Below, one piece after another: positions 34,546 through 40,497 of a DNA stretch of 40,497 nt. The notes beneath the pieces are model-generated. The model searched no databases. It was given only the letters and a program-made list of their open reading frames with translations, and was not told the origin of the DNA. This stretch comes from Chitinivibrionales bacterium (GTDB taxonomy: Bacteria > Fibrobacterota > Chitinivibrionia > Chitinivibrionales > WJKA01): the NCBI GenBank assembly GCA_038247415.1, contig JBBRUX010000036.1, forward strand, positions 1 to 40,497. The letters run 5' to 3'. The position numbers and the translations under genes were made by a program. Within the stretch, counting starts at the first letter, position 1, and every line of letters begins with the position of its first letter.

Positions 34546-37329
34546 TCAAAAATCTGCCCGTAGTCCCACTGAAAATCGTGGAATATCGGAAAGAACATGT
34601 TTTGCTGTATAGTCGTAATTGTTAATGTAAAAATTGGTTTCGGGTGGTTCGTAAAGCGGATTGCCGTCTTTTTTTATTATGAATCGCAGCAGATGCGCCA
34701 TGTTAACGCCTTCACCGTATACCGTAAAGAGCCAGTTTTTAAAAGCCCATTTCTTTTCGATGCGCATATCAAGCCCAGCATAGGGTGCCATGCGCTCTGA
34801 ATTGGCTGGGCCATACACGGGAGCATAATTGAAATTAGTGGCATCGTAATAATCGACACCAATTATTGGGGTAACGGGGAATCCGGTTACAAACCGTGCG
34901 CGAGCACCAAATTCGAAATCGTGCTTAAAGCGTAAACTTCCAATAACTTGCAGGTTATGGGTAATATCTCTATTGTAAATTGCCCATCGATTTTCCGCAT
35001 ACGAGAATCGTTCGCTGCGAGCAAGTGAATACGCCACCCATCCAAAAAAACGTTTGTTCTGGTCGTGCTTAAGGAGAACCTCAAGACCATACATGCGCGC
35101 TTTCCCGTCGGGTAAATAGGGCGGCAGCTTGGGGTTCTCGGAAAGTTCCTTTGAGGTTGGTGAACGAGGGCGGTCCCATTGCATATTGTAATAGGTTTGT
35201 ACGTCGGCGCTTATAAGGTCGGTAATTTGCCATTCATGGCCAAGCACATACTGGCTTCCTTTGGTAGCAGGAAGATCGGGATTGCCAAATTTAGAGTGGA
35301 TAGAAATGCCTTGGGGTTGTGGAGCTTCGTTATAGGTTCCCATCGAAGCTTTGATCGTATGATTTTGCATGAGCGAATACCGGGCTGAAATACGCAGCGA
35401 TGGTTCTGCCGAGAACTTTCCTTTGTTTTCGAAAGAATGTTCCGAGTAATTAAAAAACTCTGGTAGTATCGATCCTTTATACCGGAGTTCTGGGAAGTAG
35501 TCGTAGCGGATGCCAGGAAAAAGGGTCAGTTTATCGATATGCCATTCGGCATTAAGATAGCCACCATAAGGACCAAATAAAAAATGAATTGTGTCTCGAA
35601 GGATAGAATCGCCAATTGTTCCTGCGCTATTAATGGTAATGGGAAAAATGTTAAAATCTAACCCAGCATTAATGCGAACCGATTTTGTAATGTCGTAGGC
35701 TATGTTTTCCCGAATGTAATGAGAATATCCTCCGCCATCGAGTTTGAAAAATCCAAATGCCGAAAGCGATGTGTCATTGCGTGCTAAGCTATAGCGCAAT
35801 TGACTTTTGATATTTGGGGCAACATCCCAATCCCAGCCATTCACCCATAGTGCAAATTTAGTTTCGTTGCTAAACGTGCTGGTTTGTTTGTCAACATCGC
35901 TAGACCCTCCTCGCACTGCGGATACCAGAAGTTCGAGTTTATCTAGGCTGCTAAAAAGCGTTGTAAAGAAATGATTGTTGTGGGTAGAACCATCCAACCG
36001 CACTACGTAATCCCAGTAGTAGGGCAGTACGGTGAAGGGTAGTCCTGCATGGAGCACTTTGTTAAGTGCAAATCCAACCACTTCTGAGATATAGCTTCTT
36101 CGGGCGGTTGCCAAAAAAGAAATGTTGGGTAGAATCGGGCCTTCAACCAATACCGATGCATCAAAAAGGTTAATGTCAACGCTTCCGTGCAAACGATCTG
36201 TTTTGGGAGATCTGCCACGCATCTCAACAACCCCGGCAACTGCATTGCCATAGCGAGAACCAAATCCCCCCGGATAAAAATCAACTGCTTCAAGCGCATC
36301 GGAGTTGTAGGTGGATTTTATTCCCCCAAAATGAAAGAGTGTGGGTACCCGTACTCCGTCAAGAAAAAAACGGGTGTCAGAGCCCCCAGCTCCTCGCACA
36401 ACAATTTCGCCACCGCCAAAGAAAGGCCGGGCAACGCCAGGCATTGCTTGAACAACCTTAACGGCATCACCGCCAAATCCGGGGATTTTTTTAACTTCAT
36501 TGACAGATATTGTTTGGCGTGCAACTTCCTTCTTTTCTGCTGCGCCATATACCACAAGTTCATTTTCTCCATAGGAAATCCGTCTGAGGCGGAAGGTAAC
36601 TTTGGTTGCTTCTCCGTGGCGAACGCGGATACCATCTTCGAACGGCTCGTAATCGGGTGCTACGATTTTTATAACCAGTGAGCACGCCGGAAGCGAAGTA
36701 AAATGAAAATTCCCTAGGGAATCAGTGGTGGTAAGGATGGATCCGCCAAGAAGCTTTTGTCCTTCAAAGGATGCTATTTTATAAATATATCGGGAGAAGG
36801 GAACATCGAGGGTGGTGTCTGAAGTTGAATCGAAAAAGAGTGCGCTGACATAAGCGTTTGCAATGGGTGCGCGCGTTCCAAGTTCCACAAGCTTACCCTG
36901 TACGTTTTCAAATTTTTCTATTTTTTCAATAATTTTTTCAAAAGAAAATTTGTAAGCATATTGAAGAATCACGGGAACTGCCGTGTCGCCAATCATGGCT
37001 GGTTTATAGCGAAATTTCTTAAGCGCTACAAGCGCGGCAGTATCAAGCAAGGGATGTAACCCTTGTACGAGGGCAACCGAATCTACCGTGCCAGAATCGC
37101 TCACGAGCAAGTCGGCAATAACGGCGCCTTCGATACCGAGTTTGGCAAGCTCGGGCGGATAGTCTGCTTGTACAAAGGTAATAAGCTCCGGGTTGCTTGT
37201 GAGGCCAGCTTCGGGGAGGATCGAGTCTTGCTCTGTTGCAGACGGCGTGCTTAACGAATCGGGGCTACTCAATGCAGGTGTCAATATTCCCAAAAGGGCA
37301 ATTACTGCAATTAACAGTCGATGACTCAT
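34546..37329 (-). CDS. TonB-dependent receptor with an N-terminal TonB C-terminal domain and a carboxypeptidase-regulatory-like domain
   Basis: Signal peptide; TonB_C 'ADYPPELAKLGIEGAV..LLVSDSGTV..LDTAAL.AL.KFRY.PA....VPV'; plug 'IPGFGGDAVKVVQAMPGV..VRG..LDGV..FHFGG..YPGGFGSRYG'; barrel ending GLRADF. Confidence 0.92.
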   Translation of the reverse strand: MSHRLLIAVIALLGILTPALSSPDSLSTPSATEQDSILPEAGLTSNPELITFVQADYPPELAKLGIEGAVIADLLVSDSGTVDSVALVQGLHPLLDTAALVALKKFRYKPAMIGDTAVPVILQYAYKFSFEKIIEKIEKFENVQGKLVELGTRAPIANAYVSALFFDSTSDTTLDVPFSRYIYKIASFEGQKLLGGSILTTTDSLGNFHFTSLPACSLVIKIVAPDYEPFEDGIRVRHGEATKVTFRLRRISYGENELVVYGAAEKKEVARQTISVNEVKKIPGFGGDAVKVVQAMPGVARPFFGGGEIVVRGAGGSDTRFFLDGVRVPTLFHFGGIKSTYNSDALEAVDFYPGGFGSRYGNAVAGVVEMRGRSPKTDRLHGSVDINLFDASVLVEGPILPNISFLATARRSYISEVVGFALNKVLHAGLPFTVLPYYWDYVVRLDGSTHNNHFFTTLFSSLDKLELLVSAVRGGSSDVDKQTSTFSNETKFALWVNGWDWDVAPNIKSQLRYSLARNDTSLSAFGFFKLDGGGYSHYIRENIAYDITKSVRINAGLDFNIFPITINSAGTIGDSILRDTIHFLFGPYGGYLNAEWHIDKLTLFPGIRYDYFPELRYKGSILPEFFNYSEHSFENKGKFSAEPSLRISARYSLMQNHTIKASMGTYNEAPQPQGISIHSKFGNPDLPATKGSQYVLGHEWQITDLISADVQTYYNMQWDRPRSPTSKELSENPKLPPYLPDGKARMYGLEVLLKHDQNKRFFGWVAYSLARSERFSYAENRWAIYNRDITHNLQVIGSLRFKHDFEFGARARFVTGFPVTPIIGVDYYDATNFNYAPVYGPANSERMAPYAGLDMRIEKKWAFKNWLFTVYGEGVNMAHLLRFIIKKDGNPLYEPPETNFYINNYDYTAKHVLSDIPRFSVGLRADF

Positions 37330-37455
37330 AGAATAGTTAGTTCCTGCAAAAAGAAAAAAAAGAGATGCTTGCTACAGTATCAAAATATATTGAGGTGCAC
37401 ACGGGATGTAAATCTAAAGACGAAAAGCGCTGCTGCATGCTCGCAGTTCGAAGCA

Positions 37456-38541
37456 CTAAGTGCCTTCGGTTTTTTGCATTGCACCCCGGAGTCGGTCTTC
37501 GAGGTCGCTCTGCATGAGGGCATCGAGCAACGGTTGAATATCGCCGTTTATTATGCCGGGTAGATTGTGGAGGGTGAGTCCTATGCGATGGTCGGTGACA
37601 CGGTCTTGGGGAAAGTTGTAGGTGCGAATTTTTTCGGAACGGTCTCCCGATCCAACCATCAGCTTACGCGAAGCTGATTCTTCGGCAGTGCGTTCGGAAT
37701 TTACCTTTTCGTATAAGCGGGCTTGAATCATCTTGAGTGCTTTTGCCTTGTTCTTGTGCTGCGAACGGTCGTCTTGACATATTGCTGTAATGCCGGTTGG
37801 AATATGCACAATGCGAACTGCCGATTCTGTTTTGTTAACATGCTGACCTCCTGCCCCACCCGAGCGATACACGTCGATGCGGAGTTCTTCGGGGTTGAGC
37901 GTAAATTCAACATCGGATGCTTCTGGAAAAACCACAACCGATGCAGCAGAGGTATGTATTCGGCCCTGTGCTTCGGTAAGGGGAACTCTCTGAACGCGAT
38001 GTACTCCCGATTCGAATTTGAGGTTGCCATATGCTTCTTCACCGCTAACGAGAAAGATTACTTCTTTAAGGGCATCTTTTTCGCCAGGACTAAAGCTTAA
38101 CACTTCGTACGTATATCCCCGTTTGTCAGCATAGTGCGTGTACATTCGATACAGGTCGGCACCAAAAATCCCAGCTTCTACGCCACCTGTTCCTGCTCGA
38201 ATTTCAACGATTGCATTTTTTGCATCATCGGGATCACGGGGGGTTAACAGATACCGGATTTTATCTGCAAGAACGGGAAAAATGGTTTCGTATTCTGCAA
38301 GTTCTTCAAAAGCAAGGGCGGTAAGTTCGGGGTCTTCGTCCTGAGCTATAATTGCTTTTGCTTGTTGAATGCACTCTGCTACCTTGAGAAATTCTTGAAA
38401 AGTTACAAGGTTTTTTGAAATAGAATTGTACTCACGTCCAAGTTTTTCCATGCGAGACGAGTCTGCGGCAACATCGGGTGTCGCCATTTCCTGCTCGAGG
38501 ATCGTGCGATGAACAAGAATATCTTTTATTGCTTGAATCAT
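37456..38541 (-). CDS. prfA: Peptide chain release factor 1
   Basis: Motifs EIRAGTGG, ESGVHRVQRVPLTE (PxT motif), GAGGQHVN and GDRSEKIRTYNFPQ. Confidence 0.98.
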   Translation of the reverse strand: MIQAIKDILVHRTILEQEMATPDVAADSSRMEKLGREYNSISKNLVTFQEFLKVAECIQQAKAIIAQDEDPELTALAFEELAEYETIFPVLADKIRYLLTPRDPDDAKNAIVEIRAGTGGVEAGIFGADLYRMYTHYADKRGYTYEVLSFSPGEKDALKEVIFLVSGEEAYGNLKFESGVHRVQRVPLTEAQGRIHTSAASVVVFPEASDVEFTLNPEELRIDVYRSGGAGGQHVNKTESAVRIVHIPTGITAICQDDRSQHKNKAKALKMIQARLYEKVNSERTAEESASRKLMVGSGDRSEKIRTYNFPQDRVTDHRIGLTLHNLPGIINGDIQPLLDALMQSDLEDRLRGAMQKTEGT

Positions 38542-39500
38542 AAGACTGCTTTAAGTGATTCTGCTGCTACGGTGAGTTGAGAATCATCGGGTTGCTTGGT
38601 TGTAATGCGCTGCAGCCAAAGTCCGGGGGCCATAAGTGCAGCAACCAAAGGATTTGTTTGGAAACGATCAAAAAATTTAAGGATCTCGTAGGATGTTCCC
38701 GAAACAAGAGGAATAAGCAACAGGTGAACAAGGAGTCGCAATGGTACTGGGTACGCAGTAGTAAAGACCGTTTTAATAAGAATTACATCGATAATTGAGA
38801 AAAGAAAAATTATGATGACAAGAGAGATTACGATAAAACTTGTGCCACAACGGGGATGAAAGGTTGTGTAGGGTCGCATATTGTCGAGTGTGAGTTCTTT
38901 TCCGTCTTCGTAGGTGAATATGGCTTTATGTTCGGCTCCATGATACATAAACATCCGCTTGATATCCTTCATGAAGCTTATACCAATCAGATAGGTCAAA
39001 AAAAGCGTCATGCGAATTATGCCAGCGTAAACATTGAACATGATCGCGGATTTTGAGAGCCCAAGCCACGAAAGAATAAGCATTGGCAGATACATGAAGA
39101 GTCCAACCGAAATAGCGAGAGACACAATAATCATAAGGGTAGAGAGAAACTTCTCGGTTTTTGGATTAATTTCTTTGGCATTTTCGTCTGGCGGCATAGA
39201 TAACAGTGCAGAACGTTCGATTGCCTTAAGTCCCAGTGACATCGATTCGAAAAGCATGACGGCACCACGAAGAACAGGTAATCCGAGTACTTTTATTTTT
39301 TTTGCAATAGAAATAAAGGCAAACTTTTCTGTCGCAATTGATCCATCGGGAACACGAACAGACCACGATACATTCTCTTTTCCACGCATCATGACACCCT
39401 CGATAATGGCCTGGCCTCCAACGGTATTCTTTTTAGGTGTAGCTCCAGAAATAATGACTAACGGGAGTGATAGGATTTTTTTAAGAAGTCGATGTATCAT
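38538..39500 (-). CDS. DUF1385 (YqhQ-like) membrane protein
   Basis: Motifs GGQAIIEGVMM, YHGAEHK, HPRCGTSF and PGLWLQRITT..P. The stop overlaps the prfA start. Confidence 0.92.
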   Translation of the reverse strand: MIHRLLKKILSLPLVIISGATPKKNTVGGQAIIEGVMMRGKENVSWSVRVPDGSIATEKFAFISIAKKIKVLGLPVLRGAVMLFESMSLGLKAIERSALLSMPPDENAKEINPKTEKFLSTLMIIVSLAISVGLFMYLPMLILSWLGLSKSAIMFNVYAGIIRMTLFLTYLIGISFMKDIKRMFMYHGAEHKAIFTYEDGKELTLDNMRPYTTFHPRCGTSFIVISLVIIIFLFSIIDVILIKTVFTTAYPVPLRLLVHLLLIPLVSGTSYEILKFFDRFQTNPLVAALMAPGLWLQRITTKQPDDSQLTVAAESLKAVL

Positions 39501-39532
39501 AGGGTTATCTCTGTTTAAGGGTATACATACAA

Positions 39533-39565
39533 AGTAAGGGGTAGGTCGCGCCCTACCCCTTTACT
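39533..39565. repeat. GTAG-type palindrome (REP-like hairpin or terminator)
   Basis: Perfect 9-bp stem aggggtagg-tcgcgc-cctacccct, extended by agta/tact; contains GTAG...CTAC. Confidence 0.5.
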
Positions 39566-39603
39566 ACAGCGATCTGCTCTTTTTTACTACGATAGATAGA
39601 TAT

Positions 39604-39641
39604 AAAAAAAGGCAGAAAAGAGTTGATACTCTTTTCTGCCT
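39604..39641 (-). terminator. Intrinsic terminator of rpmE
   Basis: Perfect 14-bp stem aggcagaaaagagt-tgat-actcttttctgcct preceded by A7 on the + strand. Confidence 0.85.
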
Positions 39642-39661
39642 AAAGATAAAACCTTTAAAAA

Positions 39662-39874
39662 CTAAGCTGTCGCTTCGGTCTTAGCATAGCGCTTACGGAA
39701 GCGGTCAACGCGTCCTGCTGAGTCGATAAGTTTTTGTTTTCCGGTATAGAATGGATGGCATGCATTGCAGATTTCAACGTGTGCATCACCAACTGTTGCG
39801 CGAGTTTCAATAATGTTTCCGCATGAGCAGTTGAATTTTACCGGCTGATATTTTGGATGAAGATCCTTTTTCAC
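39662..39874 (-). CDS. rpmE: 50S ribosomal protein L31 (zinc-binding form)
   Basis: Motifs [27 protein letters not shown] and GRVDRF. Confidence 0.98.
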   Translation of the reverse strand: MKKDLHPKYQPVKFNCSCGNIIETRATVGDAHVEICNACHPFYTGKQKLIDSAGRVDRFRKRYAKTEATA

Positions 39875-39992
39875 AATCGCACCTCGTACAAAAAAAATGA
39901 ATGAATGGCATATTATTCAAGCCGTATAATATATATAATGGGAGACGGTGAAGCAAAAAAATGCAACGGATATGACGATGGGGTCGGTTGTT

Positions 39993-40009
39993 GTTGTATC
40001 CGTAGGGAC
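39993..40009. repeat. REP half-site; 17-bp direct repeat of 40481-40497
   Basis: gttgtatccgtagggac occurs exactly at 39993-40009 and at 40481-40497. Confidence 0.8.
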
Positions 40010-40031
40010 CGTATATCCGCCCCAATAACAA

Positions 40032-40497
40032 TCAATCACCATCGGTTATTGCATTGATGCCATCCGTAACGCACGCATGATTATGATTTTCCCATTTCAT
40101 AGGATTGTTTCGGATATATTTCCGGATGTTATACAATGATGCTTCGTCACGAATAATGTGGTCGTGAAATGATCGTTGCCAAACAAAATCGACATTGCCT
40201 GATAGGTGAATCAATTTCGATGATGTGGTTTTAAATGCGCCGATTAATTGATCCAACGGTTTTTGCCGTGTTCGTTGTGACGGTTGAACCGGCACCGGAA
40301 CCGGTGGTGGTGGTTGTGGTGGTTGTGGTGGTTGTGGTGGTTGTGGTGGTTGTGGTTGTGGTTGTGGTTGTGGTTGTGGTGGTGGTTGTGGTGGTGGTTG
40401 TGGTGGTGGTTGTGGTGGTGGTTGTGGTGGTGGTTGTGGTGGTGGTTGTGGTGGTGGTTGTGGTGGTGGTTGTGGTGGTGGTTGTATCCGTAGGGAC
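40032..40497 (-). mobile_element. REP-associated tyrosine transposase (RAYT, Y1 HUH family), 3' part; the 5' end lies outside the window
   Basis: 'LDQLIGAFKTTSSKLIH...FVWQRSFHDHIIRDE..LYNIRKYIRNNPMKW'. The frame is open from 40496 (SLRIQPPP...) through the repeat tract to the stop at 40032. Confidence 0.88.
40305..40484. repeat. 180-bp compound tandem repeat of 12-, 9- and 6-nt units
   Basis: On the + strand: (tggtggtggttg)x1, (tggtggttg)x4, (tggttg)x4, (tggtggtggttg)x9. All units are multiples of 3 nt. Confidence 0.95.

Noticed and set aside
628..39537. Numerous 60-170 aa ORFs overlapping the called genes (e.g. 14361-14939, 28530-28952, 36187-36681, 39034-39537)
   Set aside because: These are antisense or alternate-frame shadows of well-supported genes, with no recognisable motifs.
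40305..40484. CRISPR array or telomere-like repeat
   Set aside because: There are no unique spacers and no cas genes, and the units are 6-12 nt codon multiples inside an open frame.
40284..40493. 69-aa poly-Trp/Leu ORF on the + strand
   Set aside because: It is the antisense reading of the tandem repeat inside the RAYT gene and has an implausible composition.

Overview
A 40.5-kb chromosomal window of a diderm bacterium. Gene content is most compatible with Fibrobacterota (Chitinivibrionia-like), but this is an inference. Most genes are housekeeping: ahcY, aroA, aroB, metF, dapF, thyX, eukaryote-type hisA, pyk, prfA, rpmE, a MATE pump, two GT2 glycosyltransferases, a sigma54 response regulator and a diguanylate cyclase. 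Points of interest: (i) a four-gene cluster of exported LPP20/FlgT/CsgG-fold proteins (652-6404) with no curli or flagellar genes nearby, the best candidate for an undescribed envelope complex; (ii) a TonB-C-fused TonB-dependent receptor/lipoprotein/esterase operon; (iii) strong enrichment of D-S/T sequons in exported proteins; (iv) a REP-associated tyrosine transposase at the right edge with an in-frame Pro/Gln repeat next to a REP half-site; (v) several small palindromic elements and heavily deleted pseudogenes that the ORF track misses or fragments (GxxExxY, a TldD/PmbA pair, AlbA_2-ATPase, IS3, a receiver domain); (vi) a GT2 gene split by an in-frame TAG. No rRNA, tRNA or CRISPR array was recognised. 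All family calls come from manual motif recognition; no database search was run.
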